Origin: Thermodesulfobacteriota bacterium
Lineage (GTDB): Bacteria; Desulfobacterota_D; UBA1144; Nemesobacterales; Mycalebacteriaceae
Assembly: GCA_965226585.1 (NCBI GenBank)
Contig: OZ245366.1
Coordinates: 335,298 to 399,297, forward strand
Direction: 5' to 3'
Length of the DNA stretch: 64,000 bases
The notes below the pieces were generated by a model. The model searched no databases. It had not been told where the DNA came from and saw only the letters and a program-made list of their open reading frames with translations. Both the position numbers and the translations under genes were made by a program. Shown here piece by piece: positions 18,645 to 28,798 of the stretch. The stretch's first letter is position 1. Every line of letters starts with the position of its first letter.

Positions 18645-21600
18645 ATGAAAAACAATTTTGTTCATCTTCACGTGCACTCCCAGTACTCACTTCTGGACGG
18701 CGCGATAAAGTTTGACGAGCTTGTTGACAGAGTGAAAGAGTTGGATATGGGTGCGGTCGCGGTTACCGACCACGGCAACCTTTGCGGCGCCCGCGAGTTC
18801 TACAACGAAGCGGCAAAGAAAGGCGTCAAGCCCATTATCGGCTGTGAGATTTATATTACCCCGACCCTGAAACTGGACAATCCGGGAGACGGAAAAAACT
18901 TTCACCTTACGGTTCTCTGCATGAACGAGACCGGATATACGAACCTTTCCAATCTGGTTACGCGGGGCTACTTTGAAGGCTTTTATAGAAGGCCCAGAGT
19001 TGACCGCGAGATGCTTGCCGAACATAACGAGGGGCTCATAGTTTTGAGCGGCTGTATGAGCAGTGAGTTGTCGCGGGCGATATTCAAGAGCACACCGGAA
19101 ACTCCCGAAAACATCATCTCAACCTACAAGGAGATATTCGGCGACAGGTACTACCTTGAGGTTCAGGCAACCGGAACTCCTGAGCAGAACCGCATCAACA
19201 AATCCTTGAAAAAACTGGGCGAAAAGTTTGACATTCCGCTTGTCGCCACAAACGACTGCCATTTTCTGCGGCGTTCCGACCACGGATTTCACGACGTTCT
19301 TCTCTGCATCCAGACGGGCAGTAAACTTGAAGACCGGAACAGAATGAGATTTCCGGGAGACGGTTTCTATCTGAAATCGCGGGAGGAGATGGAGAAGTCT
19401 CTCAAAGGGTACTCTGACGCGCTGGACAGAACGGTTCAGATAGCGGAAAGATGCGATTTTGAGTTTAAGGGCGAGGGCTACCGCTTTCCGAAATTTCCTC
19501 TGGAAAACGGACTTGACGCTGACGGGTTTTTGCACAAACTCGCTCTGGGCAAGATGAAGGAAAGGCTTGCGGTGCGCGGCATTACAGGCGAGGAGATTGA
19601 GAAATACACCGAACGCCTTGACTATGAACTCGGCGAAATATGCAAGATGGGATTTGCGGATTATTTTCTTGTGGTCGCAGACCTTGTTCAAAACGCGAAA
19701 ACCAACGGCATTCCGGTTGGTCCCGGCAGGGGAAGCGCGGCGGGAAGCCTTGCGGCTTACGCTCTGGGAATCACCGATGTCGACCCCATAGTTCACAAAC
19801 TTATATTTGAGCGGTTTCTCAATCCGGGCAGGGTGTCAATGCCCGATATTGACATAGATTTTTGCACCGAAGGGCGCGACAGGGTCATAGATTACGTAAG
19901 CGAGAAATACGGCAGAGAGAACGTTGCCCAGATAGGAACTTTCGGCAAGATGTCGTCAAAAGCCGTTGTGCGGGATGTGGGAAGAGTGCTGGGTGTTCCC
20001 TACAGCGAAGTGGACAAGATTTCAAAACTTATTCCCTCCTACCGGGGCAAAGTGAGAAAGATTGAACAAGCCCTCAAGGAAAGCCCCGAACTGAGAAAGA
20101 AGGTTGAAGAGTCAGACGATATGACCCGCGTGGTTGAACTCGCGAAACCGCTTGAAGACATGGTGCGCCACGCTTCCACACATGCGGCGGGAGTGCTGAT
20201 AGCGAGCGAAAAAATCTCAGACCGCGTTCCTCTCTACAAGGGCTCCAAAGACGAAACCGTGACACAGTTTGACATGGATGCCATTCAGGAACTCGGATAC
20301 GTAAAGTTTGATTTCCTCGGGCTCAGAAACCTCACCGTTATCCGCAAAACAATTGACCTTATAGAAGAGAAGTCAAACGGCTCCGCGCCCGATTTGGACA
20401 TAGACCGTATGCCCCTTGATGACGAGGGGGCGTACAAACTTTTTGTCAACGGAAAGCCGCACGGGCTGTTTCAGGTTGAGGCGTCATCGGGAATGGCTTC
20501 CATGCTCCGCAGGCTGAAACCTGAAAAGTTTGAAGACATAGTCGCCGCGCTCGCCCTCTACAGGCCCGGACCCATAGACAGCGGCATGGTTGAGGACTTC
20601 ATCAAAAGAAAGAACGGCAAGGCGCGCGTCTCGTATCCGCACCCTCTGCTTGAGGAAATTCTCAGCGAAACGCACGGGCTGTTTGTGTATCAGGAGCAGA
20701 TAATGAGAACGGCAAGCGTTTGCGCGAACTACACCCTGTCGGACGCGGATTTGATGAGAAGGGCGATGGGAAAGAAAAATACTGCGGAGATGAAGGCGCA
20801 GAGGGAAAAGTTTGTATCCGGCGCGCTTGAAAACGGAATAGAAAAGGGAAAAGCCGCCGAACTGTTTGACATCATGGAGAAGTTTGCCGGCTATTCGTTC
20901 AACAAGAGCCACAGCGCCGCCTACGCGCTTATCACCTACCAGACCGCTTTTCTGAAGGCGCACCATGCGGCTGAGTTTATGTCTTCCCTCATGACTGTTG
21001 ATTCGGCAAACAACGACAAGGTGATTTCCCACATAGCGGAGTGCAGAAAGATGGAAATAAAAGTGCTTCCGCCCGATGTGAACGAGAGCATGGCGGAGTT
21101 TACTCCGGTGGATTCCGGCACCATCCGCTTTGGTCTTTCCGCCCTCAAAAGCGTGAATGACGACGTTGTCGCAGACATAATCGCGGCGCGCGAAGAAGGC
21201 GCGTTCACGGATCTTTTTGATTTCTGTTCGCGGGTCAAGTCGAAGCGGCTCACAAAAAAGGTGTTTGAGATGCTTATAAGAAGCGGAGCGTTTGACTCTT
21301 TTGAAAGCAACAGGGCGAAGCTTTTCGGCTCTCTTGAAACGGTGGTTTCCTTCTACATGCTCAAACAGTCTGCGGCGGACAACGGGCAGGGCTCGCTTTT
21401 CAATTCGCTGGAAAGCGAAGCCGTTATTCCGCCTCTTCCCGAAGTGGAGCCGTGGAGCGAGCAGGAGATGCTTGAAAGCGAACTTGAATCGCTGGGGCTT
21501 TTTGTTTCAAAACACCCGATGGAGAGATGCGCGGAGCAGTTGAAAATCGTTTCTTCCTGCGTTGACAGTTCCGGGTTTGAAGAGCTTAAAGACAGAAAAG

Positions 21601-22097
21601 AGGTATGCATCGCGGGCGTTGTGCGCTCCTTTTCAACGAAGGTTACAAAGTCCGGAAAAGGGCAGTTCGGCAGGATAGTTCTTGAAGACCTGAAGGGCTC
21701 GGTTGAGTGCGTAATCTTCAACGACGCCATAACCAGAAACCGCCTCCTGCTTGAGCAAAAAATACACCCGGTTGTGCTCATCGGCACGGTTGACGGCGGG
21801 GAAGACAAAAAGAGCCTCAAAGTGAAAGAGGCTCTGTCTGTTCACGACCTTATGGCGAAAAAGCACCGCGTTACAATCTCAATAGATGGCGAAGCCGCAG
21901 ACGGCGATACCCTCATCAAACTGGAAAACATTATGAAACAGCACGGAGGCGGGTCCAAAGTTGATCTCAACCTCAAGGTTGACGGCAAAACCGTTTCCAT
22001 AAACGTGGGGAAATACGGGGTTGCCGCCACAGACGGTTTTGTCAGCGAGGTTAAAGGGCTTTTGGGAGACAGGTCTCTTTCACTTGATGTTTTGTAG
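18645..22097 (+). CDS. dnaE: DNA polymerase III alpha subunit
   Basis: 1150 aa. PHP domain (HLHVHSQYSLLDG), polymerase core and OB-fold regions are characteristic of DnaE. Confidence 0.95.
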   Translation: MKNNFVHLHVHSQYSLLDGAIKFDELVDRVKELDMGAVAVTDHGNLCGAREFYNEAAKKGVKPIIGCEIYITPTLKLDNPGDGKNFHLTVLCMNETGYTNLSNLVTRGYFEGFYRRPRVDREMLAEHNEGLIVLSGCMSSELSRAIFKSTPETPENIISTYKEIFGDRYYLEVQATGTPEQNRINKSLKKLGEKFDIPLVATNDCHFLRRSDHGFHDVLLCIQTGSKLEDRNRMRFPGDGFYLKSREEMEKSLKGYSDALDRTVQIAERCDFEFKGEGYRFPKFPLENGLDADGFLHKLALGKMKERLAVRGITGEEIEKYTERLDYELGEICKMGFADYFLVVADLVQNAKTNGIPVGPGRGSAAGSLAAYALGITDVDPIVHKLIFERFLNPGRVSMPDIDIDFCTEGRDRVIDYVSEKYGRENVAQIGTFGKMSSKAVVRDVGRVLGVPYSEVDKISKLIPSYRGKVRKIEQALKESPELRKKVEESDDMTRVVELAKPLEDMVRHASTHAAGVLIASEKISDRVPLYKGSKDETVTQFDMDAIQELGYVKFDFLGLRNLTVIRKTIDLIEEKSNGSAPDLDIDRMPLDDEGAYKLFVNGKPHGLFQVEASSGMASMLRRLKPEKFEDIVAALALYRPGPIDSGMVEDFIKRKNGKARVSYPHPLLEEILSETHGLFVYQEQIMRTASVCANYTLSDADLMRRAMGKKNTAEMKAQREKFVSGALENGIEKGKAAELFDIMEKFAGYSFNKSHSAAYALITYQTAFLKAHHAAEFMSSLMTVDSANNDKVISHIAECRKMEIKVLPPDVNESMAEFTPVDSGTIRFGLSALKSVNDDVVADIIAAREEGAFTDLFDFCSRVKSKRLTKKVFEMLIRSGAFDSFESNRAKLFGSLETVVSFYMLKQSAADNGQGSLFNSLESEAVIPPLPEVEPWSEQEMLESELESLGLFVSKHPMERCAEQLKIVSSCVDSSGFEELKDRKEVCIAGVVRSFSTKVTKSGKGQFGRIVLEDLKGSVECVIFNDAITRNRLLLEQKIHPVVLIGTVDGGEDKKSLKVKEALSVHDLMAKKHRVTISIDGEAADGDTLIKLENIMKQHGGGSKVDLNLKVDGKTVSINVGKYGVAATDGFVSEVKGLLGDRSLSLDVL

Positions 22098-24479
22098 CCG
22101 CCCGTCGCTTTTTCCCGCCGCGCTCATCAGAGGCTCAAAAACTTCAGTTCCCGTAATTCTCTCTCCATCAGAAAACACCGAGACCATTCCCTCGTTTTCC
22201 GTCTCCCGTATCTCCGCCGGTGTTCCGCTCAAATCTCCCGCGCAACTGCGGCAAACCACAATTTCCGGGCGCGCCGTTTTTACCAGCGCGACCAGCGCGG
22301 CGCGGTTTTTATCATTAATTTTCGGCAGAAACACCACATCGCTTTCCACCTCATCTCCATACAGTTTCTCCACACCCTTTTTATGAGTATTGTGGATTGA
22401 TTCCGTCAACAGGAACGAAGTTTTCCCCGCCACAACTTTCACCAGCAAGGGATACGGAACTCCGGAATTCTCCACGCCCATTTTTTCGTGTAAGTGCAGG
22501 AACTTAATTTGCGCAAGACCGGTCTCTCCAATCTCTTGAACAGGTGATGAACGGTAGATTTTTTTCCACTTAACGCCGTGTTTTTCCACAGTTTTCCACA
22601 GTCTGTCGTTAAGTTTTGCACTGTTTATCCACAAGTTTTCCACACCGCCACCCTCTATAATTGCCGCCGCGCCGTTAAGCTGACCTCGGTCGTTTGAGAG
22701 CAGTATCAGAATGTCGGTTTTTGTAACGCGCTTTTTTCTGAGAGCAGGGAACACAACCGCCCTTTCTATGAAGTCCGAGCGGGCGAGTTTTGAAAAACCC
22801 CCTTTGATGAGAACCGTCTTTCCGTCCGGGAAGGTGAACAGCGCGATATTTTTTCTTCCCGCGTCAAAGAAAGACGCTTCGGTTTGCGCTCCGCCGGGGG
22901 GGCGGAAGTCGTAAGCCGCGCTCGCCGTGAGGCACAACATGAGAGCCGCCGCCGGATATGCCATTTTGCGGTTCAGTTTCACAAGCAGGAAAGCCGCCGC
23001 GCACAGGTAGAATAGGGCGAAAGTCCACCCGCTGAGCGAAGGCACGGTAACGGCGGGCGCGATGGAAGACAGGGCTTCCACCAGCGCCAGCAGGACGGCG
23101 GCAAAAACGGACAACGCTTCAAGAAGAAAACCCGGAACGAAGCCGAGCACGGCGAAAACCGCCACCGACACTATGCACAGGGGCACCATCGCAAGCGCCA
23201 CGGGCATAGCCGCGAGGTTGGCGGGGAAGGTGAGAACGGGAAGGAATCCGAACATGTTGATGACAAACGGCAGAGTTGCCGCCGTGGCGGCGGCAGTTGT
23301 GAAAAGCGCGGCGGCAAGGGCTTTTCCGGCTTTGAGTCCCGTGTTTTCCTCCGCTTCCTCTCTGCCGCCGCCGTAAAGATTCAGGGCGAGCAAAATTCCG
23401 AGAACGGCTGAGAACGACAGTATAAAAGACGCCTCAAAAAGCGCGCCCGGGGCGGCAACAAGAATGATAATCGCGGCGGCGGCGAGAGAGTTGAGACGGT
23501 CATCCTTTCTTCCCGCGACTATTGCGGTCAGGTACACCGCCGCCATAATCGCGGCGCGCACCGCGGAATTGCTCATCCCCGCGAGCAGGGCGTAGATGAA
23601 CACCGCCGGAATTGTGGCAAAGGCTGCCATTTTCGGCACGATGAAAGCCACCATCAGGTATCCCGATCTTTTCATAAGCCATTTGACGACCATGTAGAAA
23701 AAAACCGCCGCCACCCCGACGTGAAGCCCGGAGATTGCCAGCAGGTGACCGATTCCGAGTTTGGAAAAGCGGGTTTTCAGCTCAACCGGCAGCGCGCTTT
23801 TGTCTCCGGTAGACAGGGCGTTCACAATCTCCGCGCTCGCGGGCTCAAGTTTCTGCCTTATAAAAACGGCGTAATCTCTGCGAAGCCCTCCCACAAGGCG
23901 CAATATCGGATTTGAATCCCCCGCTCCCGCAGTCTTGATTTTGCCGGCGTCCGAATAAGCCGTGAAAAACACGCCCCTTGAGGCGAGCCTTTCCCGGTAT
24001 CCTCCCGCGCCGGGGTTTTTGAACTCCCTGACGGGTTTGATTTTGAGGCGCGCCTCCACGCGGTCTCCGTAGGCGAGGCCGTCAAGCCCGTTTGAATAGA
24101 CAAGGATTTTCCCGTCCGCTTTTTCCTCTACTCCCGAATGTTCAACCGCATCAACCAGAAGCGGAATTTTCGCGCTTGAGGGTCTTTTCTGCGCGTTTTC
24201 ATAAAGCTGCCCTTTCACTACCACCTGCCTGTCAATATTCTTGAGAAGCGCGGGATCCGGCTTTGCCGAGTGGAGAAACGGCAGAATAATTCCGGCGGGC
24301 AGGAAGGCGAGAAAAAGCAGTTTCGGAAACCGCAGACCCGCCCCGGCGATGAACAACACCGCAAGCGCGGCCGCGTGATATGCGGACGGCATATAGCGTG
24401 AAGCCGTTATTCCCAGAATAAGCAGGATTGCGCACACGGCAATTTTGTGCGCCCTGAACAGTGTGGAGAGGGCAGGCAT
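22080..24479 (-). CDS. comEC: DNA internalization-related competence protein ComEC/Rec2
   Basis: 799 aa. A polytopic membrane competence domain is followed by a C-terminal metallo-beta-lactamase-like domain. The 3' end overlaps dnaE convergently. Confidence 0.85.
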   Translation of the reverse strand: MPALSTLFRAHKIAVCAILLILGITASRYMPSAYHAAALAVLFIAGAGLRFPKLLFLAFLPAGIILPFLHSAKPDPALLKNIDRQVVVKGQLYENAQKRPSSAKIPLLVDAVEHSGVEEKADGKILVYSNGLDGLAYGDRVEARLKIKPVREFKNPGAGGYRERLASRGVFFTAYSDAGKIKTAGAGDSNPILRLVGGLRRDYAVFIRQKLEPASAEIVNALSTGDKSALPVELKTRFSKLGIGHLLAISGLHVGVAAVFFYMVVKWLMKRSGYLMVAFIVPKMAAFATIPAVFIYALLAGMSNSAVRAAIMAAVYLTAIVAGRKDDRLNSLAAAAIIILVAAPGALFEASFILSFSAVLGILLALNLYGGGREEAEENTGLKAGKALAAALFTTAAATAATLPFVINMFGFLPVLTFPANLAAMPVALAMVPLCIVSVAVFAVLGFVPGFLLEALSVFAAVLLALVEALSSIAPAVTVPSLSGWTFALFYLCAAAFLLVKLNRKMAYPAAALMLCLTASAAYDFRPPGGAQTEASFFDAGRKNIALFTFPDGKTVLIKGGFSKLARSDFIERAVVFPALRKKRVTKTDILILLSNDRGQLNGAAAIIEGGGVENLWINSAKLNDRLWKTVEKHGVKWKKIYRSSPVQEIGETGLAQIKFLHLHEKMGVENSGVPYPLLVKVVAGKTSFLLTESIHNTHKKGVEKLYGDEVESDVVFLPKINDKNRAALVALVKTARPEIVVCRSCAGDLSGTPAEIRETENEGMVSVFSDGERITGTEVFEPLMSAAGKSDGRLQNIK

Positions 24480-25669
24480 CAGGCTTTTTCAATCAGGCAC
24501 ATCGCCTTTGCCGCCACCCCTTCGCCCCTGCCGGTGAAGCCCATTTTCTCCGTGGTTGTGGCTTTTATGTTCACCGCGTCCGTTCCCAGTATGGCTGAGA
24601 TTTTTTCCCGCATCTCTCCGGTGTGCGGAGACAGGCGGGGTTTTTCGCAGACAATCACGCAGTCCACATTCACGGCTTGAAAACCGGCGCGTGATATGAT
24701 GGCGCGAGTCTGTTCCAGCAGATGCGCCCCTGTCGCGTTTTTGTACGCGGGGTCTGAGTCCGGAAAATGCTTGCCTATATCTCCAAGCCCCGCCGCTCCC
24801 AGAAGAGAGTCGCATATCGCGTGGGCAAGGGCATCTGCGTCTGAATGTCCTATAAGCCCTTTCTCAAACGGAATCTCCACACAGCCGAGAAACAGTTTTC
24901 TGTTCTTCCCAAACCTGTGGGCGTCAAATCCTGTTCCAACTCTGAAGCTCTTCATTCCGCCCCGCTCGAGCCCCCTGATGATTGCTTCGGCTGTTATCAA
25001 GTCTTCGCCGGTGGTGATTTTCATGTTCCGTTTTTCCCCTCCGGCGATAAGCACCTCTTTTCCGCGCCCTTCAAAAAGAGACGCTTCATCGGTTATCTCT
25101 TCGGGGTTTCCCGAAAAGTTTTCATAGATTTCCCCAAGCAGTTCTTTGCGGAACGCCTGAGGCGTTTGCGCCCGCCACACTCCGGAGCGCGGTATGCATT
25201 TGTGAAAGTACCGCTCTGCGCCGTTTTTTTCGTCCCCCCGGGTTTTCTTTATCGTGTCGTCAAGGGCAACTCCCGCAGAAGCCGCGCCGGAATCGTTCGC
25301 TCCCGAGATAACCGCCAGTATGGAGTGAGTGCTCACAAACGGTCTTGCCGCATCGTGAAAAACAACCACACCGCCGCCTGCGTTTTCAAATCCCAGCCGC
25401 GCGGATTCAAAGCGCGTTTTTCCACCGGTGATAACCTTTGTTTTTCCGCCTCCAAATTTTTCCGCTACTTCCTGTGCCTGTCCGATATGCTCTGCGGGGG
25501 CGGTGATTATGATTTCGCCTATGCCTTCGCAGTCTCTGAAAGTTTCAAGGCTGTGGGCAAGGAGCGGTTTTCCGCACAGATTCAGAAACTGCTTCGGCTC
25601 TCCCCCGACCCGTTTTCCCTCTCCCGCCGCGAGAATGATGGCGGAAACAATAGACCTGTTTTCTAACAT
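24479..25669 (-). CDS. ispDF: bifunctional 2-C-methyl-D-erythritol 4-phosphate cytidylyltransferase / 2-C-methyl-D-erythritol 2,4-cyclodiphosphate synthase
   Basis: N-terminal IspD (SAIILAAGEGKRVGG) is fused to C-terminal IspF (FRVGTGFDAHRF...GHSDADALAHA). The stop overlaps the comEC start. Confidence 0.9.
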   Translation of the reverse strand: MLENRSIVSAIILAAGEGKRVGGEPKQFLNLCGKPLLAHSLETFRDCEGIGEIIITAPAEHIGQAQEVAEKFGGGKTKVITGGKTRFESARLGFENAGGGVVVFHDAARPFVSTHSILAVISGANDSGAASAGVALDDTIKKTRGDEKNGAERYFHKCIPRSGVWRAQTPQAFRKELLGEIYENFSGNPEEITDEASLFEGRGKEVLIAGGEKRNMKITTGEDLITAEAIIRGLERGGMKSFRVGTGFDAHRFGKNRKLFLGCVEIPFEKGLIGHSDADALAHAICDSLLGAAGLGDIGKHFPDSDPAYKNATGAHLLEQTRAIISRAGFQAVNVDCVIVCEKPRLSPHTGEMREKISAILGTDAVNIKATTTEKMGFTGRGEGVAAKAMCLIEKA

Positions 25670-25696
25670 TTGAAAATGCTATATCTGTGGGCGTTT

Positions 25697-28600
25697 TCAT
25701 TCAAGTGGGTCACCCAAATCAAGCCTCAATCCCAAATAACGGACATCAAGTTTGTCCGCCTTGAACTGGTCAAAGGGATTTTCCAGTAGCGATATTCCGG
25801 TTTCATTTCCCCCCGCATTGAAAACCGTGCAAATCTGGTACTCGCCTAACTCCATTTGATTTTGACATCTACGGGCGTGTTCCCACTGTGGACCTGTAAT
25901 TTCGAAGGTGTGAGGGGGGCTACTTATTGTTGTCTTGACCTCTACGAAGATATCCAAATTGCCTTTTCTGCTGATGCTTATGTCATAGGGCTTACTGCTT
26001 TCCCCTGCTTCATTCATCCAGACTACCTCATCTTCCAGATATTTCTTTTGTAGTGCGAGAAGAACTTCTTCTTCTCCCCATCTTCCGGCTTCCAGATTTG
26101 GCTTTGTAGGTCTGCTGTTATTACTATCCTCTCTTGTGGAATTGTTCTGACGAGGGGAAGAGGTTCTTGGCGACAGTGTAGGCGTTACGGCGCGGTATAT
26201 TTTCGATGAACCATTCGGCTCGCGTTCGGGTTTCCATGGTTCTTCTGCAAAATTGTTGGGTTCCCCCGGTGTTCTGACCCCGCTTCTTTCATAGTTGCTT
26301 GAGCGCGGTTGTTTTAGTTGTTTCAGTTCTGCTTTCAATTCTTCATTCTCTTGCTTTAACTGTGTGTTTTCCTCCGCTTTTTCTTGGTACTCTTTGCGAG
26401 TAACAACTTCCGGTCTCATTCCCAGAGCGCGAGCTAATGTGTCTCGGGCTATTGGGGTTCCTTTCTCATACATTTCGTTCAAATCTTCAAATCCGTAATT
26501 TCCCAGAGATTCTATTTGTATCAGTTCGTTTTTTTTATCGTAGAGCCAGTTGTGTTTTTGTATAGTCTGTCCGGCTTCTGAGAACATCTCACACGTATTT
26601 TTGTTGGAAAAATTCTTTTGAGAACTACAAGATACTTTTCCCCTTAAATGGTCATAATATTTCAAGAGGAAACTCCACAAAATCTTTGAACGGCCCTCAT
26701 TGATATTTTCGAGAGAGTATTGAAGCCCGTAGATTTTGAAGTTAGGCTTAAAACCGTCTTCGCCTTTTTTATGGGGATTATCGGGAGTTCCGTGACGTAC
26801 TGTTTTCTTCCACTCTTCGCCATCCCATTCCCACTTTCCATCGTCATATTCCAAATCTTTAAAGCATCCGATTTTTACAAACATTTCTTTTATTTCTTTA
26901 TTGTTTTTCTCTGTCCATTTCAACTCTTTGACAGGTTCTATCTCTTTATTGTCTTTGAACCATTTTGTAGTTATCTCATCCTGCAGGAAAGTTTTGTCCG
27001 GTTTGCTATAGATTCCTGTTTCCGTGCGAATAATATAGAGGTTTTTTAATGACTTTGTGATGTCACTATCATTTTTGTAGCCTGCTATACGAGCAATGTT
27101 TTTGAGGTGATATTCTTCATTTATTTGGTGGTTTTCGTTTTCGTATTTGGGCAGTATGTCTTTTTGTATCCAGTCTTTTTCATCAGGTTCTTTGATTCCT
27201 AGGTATTCAAACAGTTTTTTGGCGTTTTCTTGCTTCAAAATTTCTTTGTCAATTATTTTGAAGGATGAGGACTCACTGTTGGATTCGTACGGTCTGAAAA
27301 CCTGTAGGTTTCCTTTAGAATCAAACGGAGACACGTAGTCTCCATTCTGTAGGCGTAAGATAGGTTTTTCTTTGAACAAGTCAATTATTTCACGATACCT
27401 CCCGTAAAATTTAGGTTTTAATTCACTTTCTTTTTCTTCTATAAAAATACCGTAAAAGTTATTTAGCCACTTATCATCTTTTTTACTGATGAATTCTTTA
27501 TCTAATTTCTCTGCAAACTTTTCTAACGAGAATTCTTCTATTGAGAGGATTTGGCGAATGTTATCTGGAATGTCCGTGGAGACCCATTTATACATGACAT
27601 CTTTTATTTCGTGTGGTTTAAGAAGTTTGGTTAGTTCCTTGTCTTTAGTAAACAAACATTCTTTCGGGTGAAGATATGTGTTTACTTCAACACCCGGAAG
27701 CAGTTTTTCTTGTTTCATTTTCTCTGTCACGGCCTCGCGTACGGTAGAGTATGGTTCTTCTCCATTTCTTTCGTTCACGGGCAGAAATCTTAAGACATCG
27801 GTTGATAGCAAACCTATATCTCTTATCAATGGCAGAGAATCGGCAACGAGTCTTCCCAAGCTCTTTGTAATTTCTTGGTTGTCTTCGTCATCAAGGCAGA
27901 GATTCTCTCTGCTGGGAGTTGTTCCGTAGGGTGCTTGAACAAGAAAAGGGAGATAACTTTCCGTGCTTGTCGGAAAAAAAACAAATACTGGGCTCTCGGC
28001 AACGCTAACCAGATTTCTTTTTTCTTTGAGTAAAGCGATTTTAATTTTATGGCTGGTTTTCCTGACTGATTTTATTGGCTCTATTACAAGATAGTGTTGG
28101 TCACCACCATCTCCGACAGTTGTTTCAGTAACTTTGAAATCTTTTTTGTATTTCTGCGGAATTTTTAGTGATTTTCTCTTTATGTGTAGATTCCATTTCT
28201 TGTCCTTATAGGAGAAAGTTATTCTTTGTATGTTTTTGAGGAAAAGGAGATTTTCACTTTTTGTTTCTTCAAATCCTTTGATTATAGTTTGTTTGATGTT
28301 CTGAGATTCATCGTTTTTGAGGCGAAGAATAAAAAGTGTTTCTTTTCCAATGTCTTTGGGTTTAACTTCTTCTGGAAGTATATAGTCCTCAATTTTGAAG
28401 TGGTATTTCCCCGAATGAATAATCGGAGAATCTGTAATGTTAAAAACTGACTTGAAGCCAACCCCGAACTTTCCTATGTCGTTTTTTCCTTCTTTATCTG
28501 AGTCACCAAAGTTAGTTATTGAATCAACATTGTTATAAGTAAAAACTTTTTTGCCATCGTGTCTTATCAGCAATTCTTTGTCTGACAAATCAAAGTGTAC

Positions 28601-28798
28601 GAACTTTGCTTCCTTATCTTCGGCATTTTGAAGAAATTCAAAAATGAACTGTGTTTTCTTAGAATGTTGTTCCGCAAGGAGTTTATGCGAGCGGTCTTTG
28701 CGTTTTTTCATCAGCTTGTGGTATTCGAGTATTTCCTCGCGAAGTTTGGCCAATCCGGGGTTGATATCTGCTTTATCCATATCAGTTTCTCTCCTCAT
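25697..28798 (-). CDS. large two-domain protein: N-terminal sacsin/MORC-type GHKL (HATPase) domain, coiled-coil and S/P-rich linker, C-terminal DUF3883 (restriction-endonuclease-like) domain; candidate defense ATPase-nuclease
   Basis: 1033-aa ORF in a markedly AT-rich stretch. N-terminus FIFEFLQNAEDKEAKFVHF...GKFGVGFKSVF is the Bergerat-fold sacsin-like ATP lid. C-terminus GEEEVLLALQKKYLEDEVVWMNE...PYDISI...DIFVEVKTT...YQICTVFNAG matches DUF3883. A coiled coil (TQLKQENEELKAELKQLKQ) and a Ser/Pro/Thr-rich linker lie between them. Confidence 0.75.
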   Translation of the reverse strand: MRRETDMDKADINPGLAKLREEILEYHKLMKKRKDRSHKLLAEQHSKKTQFIFEFLQNAEDKEAKFVHFDLSDKELLIRHDGKKVFTYNNVDSITNFGDSDKEGKNDIGKFGVGFKSVFNITDSPIIHSGKYHFKIEDYILPEEVKPKDIGKETLFILRLKNDESQNIKQTIIKGFEETKSENLLFLKNIQRITFSYKDKKWNLHIKRKSLKIPQKYKKDFKVTETTVGDGGDQHYLVIEPIKSVRKTSHKIKIALLKEKRNLVSVAESPVFVFFPTSTESYLPFLVQAPYGTTPSRENLCLDDEDNQEITKSLGRLVADSLPLIRDIGLLSTDVLRFLPVNERNGEEPYSTVREAVTEKMKQEKLLPGVEVNTYLHPKECLFTKDKELTKLLKPHEIKDVMYKWVSTDIPDNIRQILSIEEFSLEKFAEKLDKEFISKKDDKWLNNFYGIFIEEKESELKPKFYGRYREIIDLFKEKPILRLQNGDYVSPFDSKGNLQVFRPYESNSESSSFKIIDKEILKQENAKKLFEYLGIKEPDEKDWIQKDILPKYENENHQINEEYHLKNIARIAGYKNDSDITKSLKNLYIIRTETGIYSKPDKTFLQDEITTKWFKDNKEIEPVKELKWTEKNNKEIKEMFVKIGCFKDLEYDDGKWEWDGEEWKKTVRHGTPDNPHKKGEDGFKPNFKIYGLQYSLENINEGRSKILWSFLLKYYDHLRGKVSCSSQKNFSNKNTCEMFSEAGQTIQKHNWLYDKKNELIQIESLGNYGFEDLNEMYEKGTPIARDTLARALGMRPEVVTRKEYQEKAEENTQLKQENEELKAELKQLKQPRSSNYERSGVRTPGEPNNFAEEPWKPEREPNGSSKIYRAVTPTLSPRTSSPRQNNSTREDSNNSRPTKPNLEAGRWGEEEVLLALQKKYLEDEVVWMNEAGESSKPYDISISRKGNLDIFVEVKTTISSPPHTFEITGPQWEHARRCQNQMELGEYQICTVFNAGGNETGISLLENPFDQFKADKLDVRYLGLRLDLGDPLE

